A DNA stretch of 64,000 nucleotides from an uncultured Bacilli bacterium (GTDB lineage: Bacteria; Bacillota_I; Bacilli_A; RFN20; CAG-449), in the NCBI GenBank assembly GCA_947591215.1, contig CANQCZ010000002.1, positions 6,819 through 70,818 of the forward strand. The letters run 5' to 3'. The notes beneath the pieces were generated by a model. It had not been told where the DNA came from, searched no databases, and saw only the letters and a program-made list of their open reading frames with translations. Positions within the stretch are counted from its first letter, which is position 1. Each line of letters opens with the position of its first letter. This document shows positions 19,536-30,557 of the stretch, piece after piece. The translations under genes and the position numbers were made by a program.

Positions 19536-22055
19536 TTACTCCTTTATTTTTTTCTTCAAATCGTAAAGATAATTCAGCGCCTCAAGCGGTGAAAGAGTCA
19601 ACGGATCTAATTGCTTTAAATCTTTGATCCATGGTTCTTCCTTTTTATCTTCGCGTTTGATAACATTTTTTGAAACTTTCACCGATTCATTCTCCAAAGA
19701 ATCAAGAATTTCACGCGCTCTTTTAATTAGTGTTGGTGGCAAATGCGCTAATCGAGCGACATTTAATCCATATGATTTATTCATCGCTCCGTCTTCCACC
19801 TTATAAAGGAAGGTAATTTGATCGTCGACTTCGCTGACTGATACATGTATGTTTTTTAAAACTTTAAGTTCCTTTTCGATAGTGGTAATTTCATGATAAT
19901 GGGTAGAAAAAATCGTCTTGGCCTTAATGATTGAAGCGATGTATTCAAGAATCGCCTGCGCTAATGCCATACCATCAAAAGTCGCGGTTCCTCTTCCTAT
20001 TTCATCAAAAAGCAACAATGAATTTTCATTGGCGTGCTGTAAGGCATAATTTGTTTCACTCATTTCGACCATGAAAGTAGATTGTCCAGAAACCAAATCG
20101 TCGGACGCGCCGATACGTGTGAATATTTGATCGAAAATCATCAATTCAGCTTCATCGCAAGGGACGTAGCAACCTATTTGCGCCATAATCACGATCAAGG
20201 CAAATTGACGCATATAAGTCGATTTACCGCCCATATTGGGACCGGTTATCACAAGAATATCAGTATCTTTATCCATGATAATATCGTTTGGAACATAATT
20301 AGTGTTTTGCATCACTTTTTCAATCACCGGATGACGTCCGTTTTTAATTTTTATAATGCGATTTTCATTAAATGTCGGCTTAACATAATGATTTTCATTT
20401 GACACTTTAGCAAATGCCAGCAAACAATCAATATATGAAATCAATTGAGCGAGAGTTTGAATTTGTTCCGTATAAGAAGAAACATGTTTACGAAGAGCAA
20501 CGAAAAGTTCATACTCCAAAGCGGCCCTTCTTTCGTCAGCTTGAAGAATAAGCGCTTCTTTTTCTTTAAGTTCTCGGGTTATAAAACGTTCGGAATTTAT
20601 CGTCGTCTGTTTTCTTTCATAACCCCACTCTTCTTTAATTTGATTGACGGCTCCTTTAGATACTTCGATATAATATCCAAAAACTCGATTATATCCAACT
20701 TTCAATGTTTTAATTCCGGTCTTTTCTCGCTCTTGAGCCTCTAAAGAAGCCACCCATGATTTACCATCAGTCGATAAAAAGATCAATTCATCAAGTTCTT
20801 TGGAATATCCGCGTTTAAAGATTCCTCCTTCTTTAACCATAAGTGGCACATCTTCGTCGATGGCTTTTTCCAACATATTAGTCAAATCAGAAAAATCATA
20901 ATCAAGACCTTTTAACAAATTGACATTTTCATTATTTAACATTTTTAAATCGCTTAGTAAAGATGGCACTAGCTCAAGGGATTTTTTAAGTTGCAACAAA
21001 TCTCGACCAGAAGCACTTCCAAAGTTGATTTTGGCAATCAAGCGCTCTAAATCATAAATATCTCTCAAATCCTTTGAAACATCATTGGCGATCAAAAAGT
21101 TATTAATAAAAGAAGCTACGATACTTTGGCGCTTTAAAATTTCATTTAAATCCGCCGTCGGTTTAACGATCCATTTTTTAAGAAGGCGCGAACCCATATT
21201 GGTCAAAGTCTTATCTAACAACCAAAATAAAGTGCCGTATGTTTCATCGCTTCTTATGGTTCTGACTAATTCTAAATTAACTCGCGAAAAATGATCGATT
21301 TGCAAATCCGAAGTAGAGCGTAACACTTTGGCTTTTTGCAAATAATTAAGCTCTCGTTTTTGCGTTTCTTTAAGATAATTCAAAAGTCGCACCAAAGCAT
21401 GTTGTTGAAAAACATCGCGCACATCTTGAAGAACATAGTCATGTTCCATCGTGATGTTATCGTCATTTTCATAAGAGATTAATATATTATCGCGACTTTT
21501 GATTTTTAAAATGTCTTGATGGCTAAAAGAAGTTGAAACCACCACTTCGCGAATCGCCAAGTTTAAAATTTCATTGATTACAAGCTCGATGTCCTTTTCG
21601 ATATTTTCTACATATATTTCACCGGTAGAAATATCAGCGTAAGCAAAAACATAATAATTTTCGCTACTTCCGATACAACCGATATAATTATTGCCTTTTT
21701 GTTTTACATCCACCACTGCACCGGGAGTAATGATTTGAACAACATCACGTTCCACTAATCCTTTGGCGGTGCTTGGATCTTCCATTTGTTCGACAATTCC
21801 GACTTTATAACCTTTTTTGATCAACTTATCGATGTAGGCATCGATTGCATGATGTGGAACTCCACACATTGGGACCCGTTCTTCGACACCGGCACTTTTT
21901 CCGGTTAATGCTAATTGCAATTCGCGCGAAGCGACCTTTGCATCATCAAAAAACAATTCGTAAAAATCACCTAGTCGAAAAAGAATCAAGGTGTCTGGAT
22001 GCTTATTTTTGATACTCAAATATTGCATCATCATCGGCGTATACTTCTTTTCCAT
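19536..22055 (-). CDS. mutS: DNA mismatch repair protein MutS
   Basis: N-terminal TPMMMQYL...LFRLGDFYELF mismatch-binding motif and Walker A (GPNMGGKST). Confidence 0.95.
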   Translation of the reverse strand: MEKKYTPMMMQYLSIKNKHPDTLILFRLGDFYELFFDDAKVASRELQLALTGKSAGVEERVPMCGVPHHAIDAYIDKLIKKGYKVGIVEQMEDPSTAKGLVERDVVQIITPGAVVDVKQKGNNYIGCIGSSENYYVFAYADISTGEIYVENIEKDIELVINEILNLAIREVVVSTSFSHQDILKIKSRDNILISYENDDNITMEHDYVLQDVRDVFQQHALVRLLNYLKETQKRELNYLQKAKVLRSTSDLQIDHFSRVNLELVRTIRSDETYGTLFWLLDKTLTNMGSRLLKKWIVKPTADLNEILKRQSIVASFINNFLIANDVSKDLRDIYDLERLIAKINFGSASGRDLLQLKKSLELVPSLLSDLKMLNNENVNLLKGLDYDFSDLTNMLEKAIDEDVPLMVKEGGIFKRGYSKELDELIFLSTDGKSWVASLEAQEREKTGIKTLKVGYNRVFGYYIEVSKGAVNQIKEEWGYERKQTTINSERFITRELKEKEALILQADERRAALEYELFVALRKHVSSYTEQIQTLAQLISYIDCLLAFAKVSNENHYVKPTFNENRIIKIKNGRHPVIEKVMQNTNYVPNDIIMDKDTDILVITGPNMGGKSTYMRQFALIVIMAQIGCYVPCDEAELMIFDQIFTRIGASDDLVSGQSTFMVEMSETNYALQHANENSLLLFDEIGRGTATFDGMALAQAILEYIASIIKAKTIFSTHYHEITTIEKELKVLKNIHVSVSEVDDQITFLYKVEDGAMNKSYGLNVARLAHLPPTLIKRAREILDSLENESVKVSKNVIKREDKKEEPWIKDLKQLDPLTLSPLEALNYLYDLKKKIKE

Positions 22056-22131
22056 ACTACTACCTCATACTGCAATTTTAATTATAACAATTTTAAGGAT
22101 GTTTTTCGAGATAAAAAACATACTTAGAAAA

Positions 22132-22644
22132 TTACTTGTCTTCGAGATAATTAGGATTTACATTCATTAAAATTTCTTCGTCAATTGAAATATCTTCTTT
22201 ATAATCATCAGCACAATTTACTACTAGAATTGCTTCCGCGAAACAATCAACTAAATAAAGGCTTTCGATTTTTAAATTGACAACCCCATTGCTTTCTAAT
22301 TCCATCTTACTGCAAGTCGGATAATGAGAAACATAAACTTTTATAAACCGCTCTTCCGCAATAGTTTTTAAATCCCGATACACCATGGTAAATGGTTCTT
22401 CAAATTCAATCGTCTCATTGTACACCGATGACTTTTGATCATGATTGGAAGCGTACCATAATTGAATATCAAAAGAACCTTTTAAAGTAATCTTCCCTTG
22501 CGATTCAATGGTTTCATATTTAAGGTTGATAATCCAGCAACCTAACGTTTTAGAAATATCCTCATCAATATAAATGCGTTTATTAATGATACTGGAAAGT
22601 TTTCCTTTACCAATTAAAGTTTTCGCGGCGATTTCACGATACAT
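22132..22644 (-). CDS. cotE: Spore coat protein E-like morphogenetic protein
   Basis: MYREIAAKTLIGKGK...GCWIINLKY resembles the B. subtilis CotE N-terminus; same miaB-ymcA-cotE-mutS position as in Bacillus. Confidence 0.65.
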   Translation of the reverse strand: MYREIAAKTLIGKGKLSSIINKRIYIDEDISKTLGCWIINLKYETIESQGKITLKGSFDIQLWYASNHDQKSSVYNETIEFEEPFTMVYRDLKTIAEERFIKVYVSHYPTCSKMELESNGVVNLKIESLYLVDCFAEAILVVNCADDYKEDISIDEEILMNVNPNYLEDK

Positions 22645-22685
22645 AAAAAAATCCTCCTCTACTAATATATGAGAAGGATACCTTT

Positions 22686-23000
22686 TTATTTCAAAGCCTG
22701 TTGCAACTTTTCTAAAAGGAGCATTACTTCCTCACGTTCTAAATTAAAGTTTACAATCAAGGGGTTTTCATCGTAACTTTTTTTTAATTCAAGATATTTT
22801 TGACGATTAATTTGATAAGTTTTCTCGTCGTTGATCGCTAAAGCCGTCTTTTTTTGCCACTTTTTTATTTCTGTTTCTAACATGTTCAATTCAGAGCTTT
22901 CAAGAATCATTTTTTTCAATTCTAAAAAACGGATAACTGTTGGATTATCAAAAAAGGCTTTGATAAATTCGTCTAAATCTTTTTTTAATTTTTCATTCAT
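22686..23000 (-). CDS. ymcA: YmcA/RicA (YlbF/YmcA family) regulatory protein
   Basis: 104 aa helical protein between miaB and cotE, matching B. subtilis ymcA synteny; the sequence similarity is modest. Confidence 0.5.
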   Translation of the reverse strand: MNEKLKKDLDEFIKAFFDNPTVIRFLELKKMILESSELNMLETEIKKWQKKTALAINDEKTYQINRQKYLELKKSYDENPLIVNFNLEREEVMLLLEKLQQALK

Positions 23001-24441
23001 CGCTTACCAGTTCTCCGATTAAAGAAAATGTATGAGACTCCAAAATCTTTACTTTTACAATTTTACCAATTAAATCTTTGGATCCTTTAAAGTTGACGAG
23101 TTTCATAGTTTCAGTATAACCACTTAAAATATCGTGTCTCTTTTTAGAAGTTCCCTCAACTAAGACATCATAGACGTTATTTATATAACGTTTTGCTCTT
23201 TCTTCCGCTTCTTGTTCAACCACTTTGACCAAGCGATCAAATCTTCTTTTTTTCTCTTCCATCGAGACGTTATCTACCATTTTAGCGGCAGGGGTTCCAA
23301 CGCGCGGAGAATAGATAAAAGTAAAGGCACTATCAAAGTGACAATATTGAACCATCTTTAAAGTTTCTTCAAAATCGGCTTCACTTTCATTGGGAAAACC
23401 GACGATAATATCCGTCGTTAAAGCGACATCTTTAATAAGGCTTTTCAGTTCATCGACTAATTGGCGATATTGAAAAGCAGTGTATCTTCTTCCCATTCTG
23501 CGCAACACATCGTCACTACCCGATTGAAGCGGAAGATGAATACATGGCATGATATTTTTATATTTAGCGATCACTTCAAACATCTCTTTGGAAAAATCCC
23601 ACGGATGTGAAGTCGTAAACCGAAGTCGTGCAATACCAGTCTTAGCTACTAATTCTAAAAGTTTAGCAAAGTTTAAATTTGAATCGAGATCCTTACCATA
23701 AGCATTGACATTTTGACCTAAAAGAGTAATTTCTTGATAGCCATTATCAACAAGATTCTGGCATTCATTTAAAATATCGGCCACGCGACGACTTCTTTGT
23801 TTGCCCCGAGTATAAGGAACAATGCAATAAGTGCAAAACTTATCGCATCCGTACATAATATTTACAAAGGCCTTAAAGCGATCGCTTCGCGCTAAAGGAA
23901 TCCCTTCAATCACTTCGCCTTCTTTTGACAAAACTTCAATTACACGTTTCTCATCAAATACCACTTCCTCTAAAAGCTGTGGTAAACGAAAGATATTGTG
24001 GGTTCCAAAAACCAAATCAACTTGGGGATATGATTTCTTTACTTGTTCGACAATATGAGTTTGTTGTACCATGCATCCGCATAAAGCGATAATTGCCCCC
24101 GGATTAATGTCTTTCAAACGTTTTAAAGAACCGATTTCTCCAAAAACTTTATCTTCGGCGTTCTCTCTTACCGCACAAGTATTTAAAATCAATAAATCCG
24201 ACTTTAAAGGATCGTCTACAGGCACAAACCCCAGTTCTTGAAGAATCCCTTCAATCGCTTCAGAGTCTAAAACATTAGCTTGACAACCATATGTTCTAAT
24301 AAAATATTTACGATTTTTGGCAAACTCTAACAATCGTGAAGAATAAGTGATCTCTTCATGAATAATTTTAGTTGCTTCCTTGCTACGTTTAGCCGCTTCT
24401 TTTAAAGAAGGCAAGCTGTGCTCCTTTATTTGCTTCTTCAT
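22993..24441 (-). CDS. miaB: tRNA-i6A37 methylthiotransferase (radical SAM MTTase)
   Basis: MTTase N-domain (FIRTYGCQAN), radical-SAM cysteine triad (CDKFCTYC) and TRAM domain. Confidence 0.85.
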   Translation of the reverse strand: MKKQIKEHSLPSLKEAAKRSKEATKIIHEEITYSSRLLEFAKNRKYFIRTYGCQANVLDSEAIEGILQELGFVPVDDPLKSDLLILNTCAVRENAEDKVFGEIGSLKRLKDINPGAIIALCGCMVQQTHIVEQVKKSYPQVDLVFGTHNIFRLPQLLEEVVFDEKRVIEVLSKEGEVIEGIPLARSDRFKAFVNIMYGCDKFCTYCIVPYTRGKQRSRRVADILNECQNLVDNGYQEITLLGQNVNAYGKDLDSNLNFAKLLELVAKTGIARLRFTTSHPWDFSKEMFEVIAKYKNIMPCIHLPLQSGSDDVLRRMGRRYTAFQYRQLVDELKSLIKDVALTTDIIVGFPNESEADFEETLKMVQYCHFDSAFTFIYSPRVGTPAAKMVDNVSMEEKKRRFDRLVKVVEQEAEERAKRYINNVYDVLVEGTSKKRHDILSGYTETMKLVNFKGSKDLIGKIVKVKILESHTFSLIGELVSDE

Positions 24442-24452
24442 TTTTACTCCCG

Positions 24453-24719
24453 CTATTTCTTTTTTTCTATTCTTAATTTGATTGCCGTTTTTTCTTTTCC
24501 TTCAATTTCTATTTCCTTAAAAGAAGGAATCATATATATTTCAATACCCGAAGGTACGAGATATCCTCGAGCAATTGCAACAGCTTTGATCGCTTGGTTT
24601 AAAGAACCGGCACCTACGGTGTTTACTTCAAGGTAATCTTGGTCACGAATAATATTGCTGATTGCCCCCGCCACGGCAGTGACAGATGAATGTGACGCCA
24701 CTTTTATTTGCTGTATCAT
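24453..24719 (-). CDS. spoVS: Stage V sporulation protein S
   Basis: 88 aa; IKVASHSSVTAVAGAISN...NQAIKAVAIARGY is near-identical in pattern to B. subtilis SpoVS. The track start is TTG; the ATG at 24719 has an AGAGGAG RBS. Confidence 0.85.
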   Translation of the reverse strand: MIQQIKVASHSSVTAVAGAISNIIRDQDYLEVNTVGAGSLNQAIKAVAIARGYLVPSGIEIYMIPSFKEIEIEGKEKTAIKLRIEKKK

Positions 24720-24763
24720 TTTTGTTTTCTCCTCTTTCAAAAAATATGAAAGAGTTAAAAAAA

Positions 24764-25552
24764 CTAGACCTCTATTGTCAATATTTTATAAATTGGTTTA
24801 ATGGCTATACAACGATTATTGTTATCAAAGGATAAAATCACGGCGTTAAACAAACTTTGATCATCATCCTCAATTGTAAATGTGGTCGACAATCCGGTCC
24901 AAGTTCTAGTGATCACTTCTTCTTTTCCGGCTCCTAAAATGCCATTATAAGGCCCACACATTCCAACATCGGAAATATAAGCAGTACCATTTGGCAAAAG
25001 GCGATGATCACGTGTTTGAACATGTGTGTGTGTGCCAAGTAAAGCACCGATTTTCCCATCAAAAGCATAAGCTAAAGCTAGTTTTTCGCCGGTCGCCTCT
25101 GCATGAAAATCGACGATGTGAATATCGGCTTGATCTTCTTGAATAATTTCTTTTAACGCTTCAAAAGGATTATTGGCATTTAAATTAATAAATGCCCTAC
25201 CCAACAAATTGGTAACGCGAATTTTTTTGCCGGAAAAAGTTTCTAAAACCGTAGTGCCCAAACCCGGAATAGAATAATGGAGATTATAAGGTCTAAGAAG
25301 GTTATCGCAATCATCGATGAAATTGAAGATTTCTTTTCTAGCTCCATAATGATTTCCAAGAGTGATGCAATCAATACCGCATTCGATTAATTCATCGTAA
25401 TTTGCTCTTGAGATTCCTTTGCCATGTGTTGCATTTTCACCATTAGCAATAATGAATTCAATTTCATATTCTTCTTGGAGTTCTTGAATCATCCGAGCGA
25501 CAACTTGACGTCCGGATTTTGCGACAATATCACCGATAAAAAGAATATTCAT
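24764..25552 (-). CDS. ymdB: YmdB-family metallophosphoesterase (2',3'-cyclic nucleotide phosphodiesterase)
   Basis: MNILFIGDIVAKSGR...ANGENATHGKG matches the YmdB/TIGR00282 N-terminus; lies in the rny-ymdB-spoVS order. Confidence 0.85.
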   Translation of the reverse strand: MNILFIGDIVAKSGRQVVARMIQELQEEYEIEFIIANGENATHGKGISRANYDELIECGIDCITLGNHYGARKEIFNFIDDCDNLLRPYNLHYSIPGLGTTVLETFSGKKIRVTNLLGRAFINLNANNPFEALKEIIQEDQADIHIVDFHAEATGEKLALAYAFDGKIGALLGTHTHVQTRDHRLLPNGTAYISDVGMCGPYNGILGAGKEEVITRTWTGLSTTFTIEDDDQSLFNAVILSFDNNNRCIAIKPIYKILTIEV

Positions 25553-25600
25553 GAGTTCTCCTTTCTAAAAGAAAGGCCTCAAAGGCCTTATTTATTTTTA

Positions 25601-27163
25601 TTATTTTGCAATTTCTGTAGCCCGCAATTCGCGAATAACCGAAACTTTAATTTGACCTGGATAAGTCATCTCATTTTCAATTTTATCTCTGATATCACGC
25701 GCCAATTTGAACGATGCTAAATCGTCGACCTTATCGGGAACTACCATGACTCTCACTTCACGTCCGGATTGCATCGCAAATGACGAAGACACTCCTTCGA
25801 ATTGTTTACAAATATTTTCTATTTGCTCGATTCTTTGAATGTAATTTTCTAATGTTTCACTTCGTGCTCCAGGTCTTGCCGCGGAAAGCGTGTCCGCTGC
25901 CGCAACCAAATGAGAAATTACAAACTTAGCCGGCACGTCACCATGGTGTGATTCGATTGCATTGACCACAACTTCTGGTTCTCCGTATTTTTTAGCAAGT
26001 CGTACTCCAATTTCAACATGGCTTCCATCCATTTCAAAATCAGCGGCTTTACCGACATCGTGAAGTAACCCGGCACGTTTTGCAAGATTTTGATCCAAAC
26101 CTAATTCGGCCGCCATTACACCAGCTAAATAAGCAACTTGAACCGAGTGATCGAAGACATTTTGACCATATGAAGTACGATATTTTAACCGTCCCACGTA
26201 AGTTAATAAATCTTTATTAATTCGTGGTAATCCAAGTTTTAATGCCGCTTGCATACCTGCTTCTTTAACCGAACGATCAACTTCAGCTTTTGCTTTTTCG
26301 CAGATTTCTTCAATTCGTCCCGGTTGAATTCTTCCGTCTTTAATCAATAATTCCAAAGCTAAACGAGCTGTCTCTCTTCTAATCGGGTCAAAGCAAGAAA
26401 CGGTGATTACTTCAGGGGTATCGTCGATTAAAATATCGACACCTAAAAGTTGCTCCAAAGTTCTGATATTGCGACCTTCTCTTCCAATAATTCGACCTTT
26501 CATTTCATCACTTGGAAGCGGGACTACAGATACCGTCCGCTCGGTCGTCACTTCTTGTGCGTATTTATCGATAGCTAATGCTAATAAATCGCGAGCCTTA
26601 TTGTCGGCTTGTTCTTTTGCTTCATCCTCGCGATTCTTGATGAAAGCAGCGATTTCTTGAGAAAGCTTTTCTTCAACTCTTTTAAATATCTCAGTTTTAG
26701 CTTCGTTAATCGACATTTGCGAAACTTTCTCTAATTCCGTAATAATCGCATCAATTTTTTCTTGTAAAACATTTTCTTTTCGAGACAACTCTTTGTTGCG
26801 TCGATCAAGTAAGTCGTTCTTTTCCTCTAAGTTTTTTTCCTTTTCAAGCAAAGCGAGATCACGTCGATCAATGCTTTGTTCCCTTGCCGTCAATTTATTT
26901 TCTGCATTGACTGCTTCTTGCTTTCTTTCCTTGATTTCCCGCTCGGCCTCAAGTTTCATCTCATAAACTGTAGACTTAGCGTCTAATTGAGCATTTTTAA
27001 TAATATGCTCTCCTTTAATCTCTGCATCCTTAATAATCTTTTCAGCTTTTTTTGTAGCTTGCTTTGATTTTAAAGCCGGAATTAATCGGCAAATTAAAAA
27101 GCCGGCTATAAGTCCGATGACGAGAAAAAGGATGATTAAAAGTACGGCTGTTCCTGTATCCAT
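25601..27163 (-). CDS. rny: Ribonuclease Y
   Basis: N-terminal TM helix, coiled-coil, KH domain and HD domain (HHGDVPAKF.. / LLHDVGK). Start corrected to the ATG at 27163 (MDTGTAVLL), which has a GGAGGAAG RBS. Confidence 0.9.
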   Translation of the reverse strand: MDTGTAVLLIILFLVIGLIAGFLICRLIPALKSKQATKKAEKIIKDAEIKGEHIIKNAQLDAKSTVYEMKLEAEREIKERKQEAVNAENKLTAREQSIDRRDLALLEKEKNLEEKNDLLDRRNKELSRKENVLQEKIDAIITELEKVSQMSINEAKTEIFKRVEEKLSQEIAAFIKNREDEAKEQADNKARDLLALAIDKYAQEVTTERTVSVVPLPSDEMKGRIIGREGRNIRTLEQLLGVDILIDDTPEVITVSCFDPIRRETARLALELLIKDGRIQPGRIEEICEKAKAEVDRSVKEAGMQAALKLGLPRINKDLLTYVGRLKYRTSYGQNVFDHSVQVAYLAGVMAAELGLDQNLAKRAGLLHDVGKAADFEMDGSHVEIGVRLAKKYGEPEVVVNAIESHHGDVPAKFVISHLVAAADTLSAARPGARSETLENYIQRIEQIENICKQFEGVSSSFAMQSGREVRVMVVPDKVDDLASFKLARDIRDKIENEMTYPGQIKVSVIRELRATEIAK

Positions 27164-27398
27164 TTTCTTCCTCCTTTTCGTGGTAATTATTATGATCTTA
27201 CCAATCGATACATAAAATAAGCGTAATAGTTCCATTAATGTATTATAAATAAATAAATTAACATTAAATATTTGAGAATGGAATGGAAAATAATTCCAAA
27301 TCATAACTAATCAGCTCAGCACTCTTTAAGTGCAATAATATTATAACAATAAAAGCATAATTAATAAAAGACAAATCTTAGAATATTTCCATTACAAT

Positions 27399-27422
27399 AA
27401 AAAAAGGAGGATAATCCTCCTC
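27399..27422 (-). terminator. Rho-independent terminator downstream of recA
   Basis: Perfect palindrome AGGAGGAT-A-ATCCTCCT with a T-run on the minus strand. Confidence 0.5.
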
Positions 27423-27428
27423 TTCAAA

Positions 27429-28430
27429 TTATTGTTCTTGCCGCTTTTCCACGATTTTAGACACTAAATCATCGTAAATTTCAGGATGTTGTTTTAAAAA
27501 TTCTTTGGCTGCTTCTCGTCCTTGCCCTACTCGTTCGCCTAAAATTTCAAACCAAGAACCGGCTTTTTTAGCAAGATCGTATTCCAAAGCCATATCGAGG
27601 GCTTCACCGTACTTTGAAAAGCCTTCACCATAAATCAATTCAACTTTACAACTCTTAAATGGTGGCGCCACTTTATTTTTTACAACTTTTATGTTAACGA
27701 CATTTCCGATAATTTGATCGCCCTCTTTAAGTGCTTCTCCTTTTCGAATGTCGATGCGAATTGAAGCATAAAACTTTAAAGCGCGTCCGCCGGTTGTTAC
27801 TTCAGGATTACCATAAATAACACCAACTTTTTCTCTTAGTTGATTTATAAAAATGACAGTACAAGAGGATTTATTTAAAACTCCGGCGAGTTTTCTCATT
27901 GCCTTTGACATTAATCTGGCATGTGCTCCGACGTTTGAATCGGACATCACACCTTCTAATTCGCTTTGAGGAACTAAAGCAGCAACTGAATCGACAACGA
28001 TAATATCAATGGCCCCTGATTTAGCGAGCATTTCCACTATTTCAAGCGCTTGTTCTCCGTGATCGGGTTGAGCTAAGATTAATTCATCGGTGTTGACTCC
28101 AAGTTTAGTAGCATATACTGGATCAATTGCATGTTCAGCATCGACAAAAGCCGCCCTCCCACCTTTTTTCTGTGCTTCAGCAATCGCAGTTAACGCTAAA
28201 GTTGTTTTACCAGAAGATTCGGGTCCGAAAATTTCAATAATACGACCTTTGGGATAACCACCAATACCTAACGCATTATCAATCAGAAGTGAGCCGCTAG
28301 GAATAGTATCGACATCGATATTAGGACGATCGCCAAGTTTCATTACGGCACCTTTACCGAATAATTTTTCAATGTCGCGAATAGTCTCTTCTAATTTTTC
28401 ATCTTTTGTTTTCACTTTTTCTTGTGCCAT
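27429..28430 (-). CDS. recA: Recombinase A
   Basis: [12 protein letters not shown] Walker A and a canonical RecA N-terminus and length. Confidence 0.95.
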   Translation of the reverse strand: MAQEKVKTKDEKLEETIRDIEKLFGKGAVMKLGDRPNIDVDTIPSGSLLIDNALGIGGYPKGRIIEIFGPESSGKTTLALTAIAEAQKKGGRAAFVDAEHAIDPVYATKLGVNTDELILAQPDHGEQALEIVEMLAKSGAIDIIVVDSVAALVPQSELEGVMSDSNVGAHARLMSKAMRKLAGVLNKSSCTVIFINQLREKVGVIYGNPEVTTGGRALKFYASIRIDIRKGEALKEGDQIIGNVVNIKVVKNKVAPPFKSCKVELIYGEGFSKYGEALDMALEYDLAKKAGSWFEILGERVGQGREAAKEFLKQHPEIYDDLVSKIVEKRQEQ

Positions 28431-28448
28431 TTTTTTATCCTCACTTTA

Positions 28449-28922
28449 TCAATATTTGATTTTTTTGTTTTTTATAAGTTCTTCGATTTTTTTCAATGCA
28501 ATCACTACACATTTGGCTCTGATTTCTTCGCGAGTACCTTTAAGGTGAAGCTCTAAGACTGTCGTTTCTCCATAAGCAAACCCAATGTAAACTAATCCTA
28601 CAGGTTTATCTTCTAAAGCATCAGGCCCGGCATTCCCGGTAAAAGATACGGCGATTGACGAATCGAACAATTTTGCCGCTCCTTCTGCCATATACCTGGC
28701 AGTTTCTTTAGAAACAGCTCCGTATTGTTTTAAAATCAACTCAGGAACATTAAGAACTTTTTGTTTTGACTCATTACTGTACGTGACAGCAGAACCTTTA
28801 AAGTAATGAGAAGCACCGGGATGTGAGGTAATGGTAGTAGCAAATAAACCACCCGTGAGACTTTCGGCACTGCTTAAAGTAATGTCACCATTTTTGAGTG
28901 TTTCAAATAAGTCTTTAATCAT
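28449..28922 (-). CDS. pncC: CinA C-terminal domain protein (PncC-type nicotinamide-nucleotide amidohydrolase), standalone
   Basis: 157 aa matching only the C-terminal CinA domain (LSSAESLTGGLFATTIT...); no MocF-like N-domain. Confidence 0.75.
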   Translation of the reverse strand: MIKDLFETLKNGDITLSSAESLTGGLFATTITSHPGASHYFKGSAVTYSNESKQKVLNVPELILKQYGAVSKETARYMAEGAAKLFDSSIAVSFTGNAGPDALEDKPVGLVYIGFAYGETTVLELHLKGTREEIRAKCVVIALKKIEELIKNKKIKY

Positions 28923-29529
28923 TTTTCTTTTCCTCCTTAAATAATTCTCTTGCTGAAATCACATATATTATGCCCGAAACAACCGAAGCAATCATTGCCA
29001 AATAACATAGGACAATGCTAATATGGAATGGTAAATTCAATAAAGAAAAAGGATAATCATTTAAAAAGATACAAATGATTGCAATCATTTGAAGAACTGT
29101 TTTTGCTTTTCCCCAAATTGAAGCAGCGATTACTTTTCCTTTTTCAACAGCAAGCAAACGGACAGCATCGACAACAATATCTCTAGCAATCATCAAAACA
29201 ACCACAATCGTAGGAATTCTTAAAGGTCCCTGAGTGGCCAAAATAATAAGGGTTGAATTAACCAACAATTTATCGGCAATCGGATCCATGAACTTACCAT
29301 AAGTCGTTACAAGATTATATTTTCTAGCGAGATGCCCATCTAAGTAATCTGAAAATGAAGCGATGGCGAAAATTATTAGTGCAATTAAATAAATGACAGA
29401 AACATTGAATCCGCCGCCGGAAAGTTGCGGAATTTTAATATTAAAAACATCGTAAGGAAATAAGAGTAAAATTACTAATATTACCATTAAAATCATTCTG
29501 ACAGTCGTAATTTTGTTGGGTAAATTCAT
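28915..29529 (-). CDS. pgsA: CDP-diacylglycerol--glycerol-3-phosphate 3-phosphatidyltransferase
   Basis: CDP-alcohol phosphotransferase motif (DYLDGHLAR...G...DPIADK); AAAGGAG RBS. Confidence 0.85.
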   Translation of the reverse strand: MNLPNKITTVRMILMVILVILLLFPYDVFNIKIPQLSGGGFNVSVIYLIALIIFAIASFSDYLDGHLARKYNLVTTYGKFMDPIADKLLVNSTLIILATQGPLRIPTIVVVLMIARDIVVDAVRLLAVEKGKVIAASIWGKAKTVLQMIAIICIFLNDYPFSLLNLPFHISIVLCYLAMIASVVSGIIYVISARELFKEEKKND

Positions 29530-29549
29530 GATTTAACTCCTTTATTGAG

Positions 29550-29890
29550 TGCTTGACCCGATAAGCCATGTTCTGTCGCGGACAATTATTTATCTATGCA
29601 ATCTATGCATGCCTGAAGCAATTCATTTCTCGCTTCTTGCTTCCCTTACCAAATTTAGGTTTCTCGCTTGTGGGGTTTACCGCGTTCCACTTCATGATTT
29701 CTCATGAACTACGTCACTGTGGCACTTTCAAAGGTTTAACCATGTCATTAAAATTTAGGTTTCGCCTTGCCGTTAGATGCTCCCATCTACCCAAAGTTAT
29801 TTTTTCCTTTGGCACAAACACTACCATCATCGCAGATGGTGCGAGCATGGACTTTCCTCTAGCTTTCGCCAGCAATTGTCTGGGTCAAAA
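29550..29890 (-). ncRNA. rnpB: RNase P RNA (type B, Bacillus-like)
   Basis: The minus strand reads GAGGAAAGTCCATGCTCGCAC, GAAAGTGCCACAGTGACG, GTGGAACGCGGTAAACCCC, GCGAGAAACCTAAATTT and ACAGAACATGGCTTA, matching conserved type B P RNA blocks. P1 pairs TTGACCC (5') with GGGTCAA (3'). The region is locally GC-rich and sits next to gpsB as in B. subtilis. Confidence 0.85.
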
Positions 29891-29891
29891 A

Positions 29892-30257
29892 CTATTTTAT
29901 CTCATTTGGATCGATACCTTGTTTAAATAAAGCTTGTTCTAAAGCCGAAATTCTTTTTAGCAAATCGATGTTTCCTAAAGAAGAACTATGATCGTTACCT
30001 TCGAGGTTTTTCAATTTATCACTTAAAACAGCATTGGTAACTTCGATTTGATCCAATCGTTCTTTTAAAAGTTTATTAGTGCGGGTTAATTCGCTTATAG
30101 TATTTTCAGCATCTTGATGATATTGATTAAAAGATAAATAATCTTTTAGTATTTCATCGAGAAAACTATCTACTTGAAGAGGATCATATCCTGGTTTTTT
30201 ACCGGCAAATTCACGATCAAGAATCGCTTTTGCATCATATTTAAGATTGAAATCCAT
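29892..30257 (-). CDS. gpsB: Cell-cycle protein GpsB (DivIVA-domain)
   Basis: N-terminal DivIVA-like domain (ILDREFAGKKPGYDPLQVDSFLDEILKDY) and a coiled coil; the ATG at 30257 has an AAAGGAAA RBS (the track start is GTG). Confidence 0.7.
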   Translation of the reverse strand: MDFNLKYDAKAILDREFAGKKPGYDPLQVDSFLDEILKDYLSFNQYHQDAENTISELTRTNKLLKERLDQIEVTNAVLSDKLKNLEGNDHSSSLGNIDLLKRISALEQALFKQGIDPNEIK

Positions 30258-30502
30258 CACTAATTTTCCTTTCTAGGAACTTTAATTATTATACAATAAT
30301 TATCGATTATATGCAAAGCAAATAAAAAACCTTAGATAATCTACTTATGACTCATCATCAGCAAAAAATCTTTTTTATATTACAATAAAGCCAACTTATT
30401 TTATAATATACAAGTTGATTATATGATAATGCACTTAATTTATATATAATTTTTAAAAATAATTAGTGCATAATACTTTTACTTTATTGCTTTTCAGAAA
30501 TT

Positions 30503-30527
30503 AAAAAAATCCTCAAATGAGGATTTT
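30503..30527 (-). terminator. Rho-independent terminator downstream of the Cys-rich gene
   Basis: Hairpin AATCCTCA-AA-TGAGGATT with flanking A/T runs. Confidence 0.45.
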
Positions 30528-30557
30528 TCATAAAGCATTTTACTTTTTAAAAACTTT

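Noticed and set aside
29568-29930. 120 aa plus-strand ORF in a GC-rich patch
   Set aside because: The region is the RNase P RNA gene on the opposite strand; the ORF is an artefact of the GC-rich structured RNA.
30261-30557. Long AT-rich intergenic region upstream of gpsB with a CAACTT...AAGTTG inverted repeat
   Set aside because: The short 6 bp arms and long spacer could arise by chance in 25% GC sequence; no conserved sRNA or riboswitch motif recognised.
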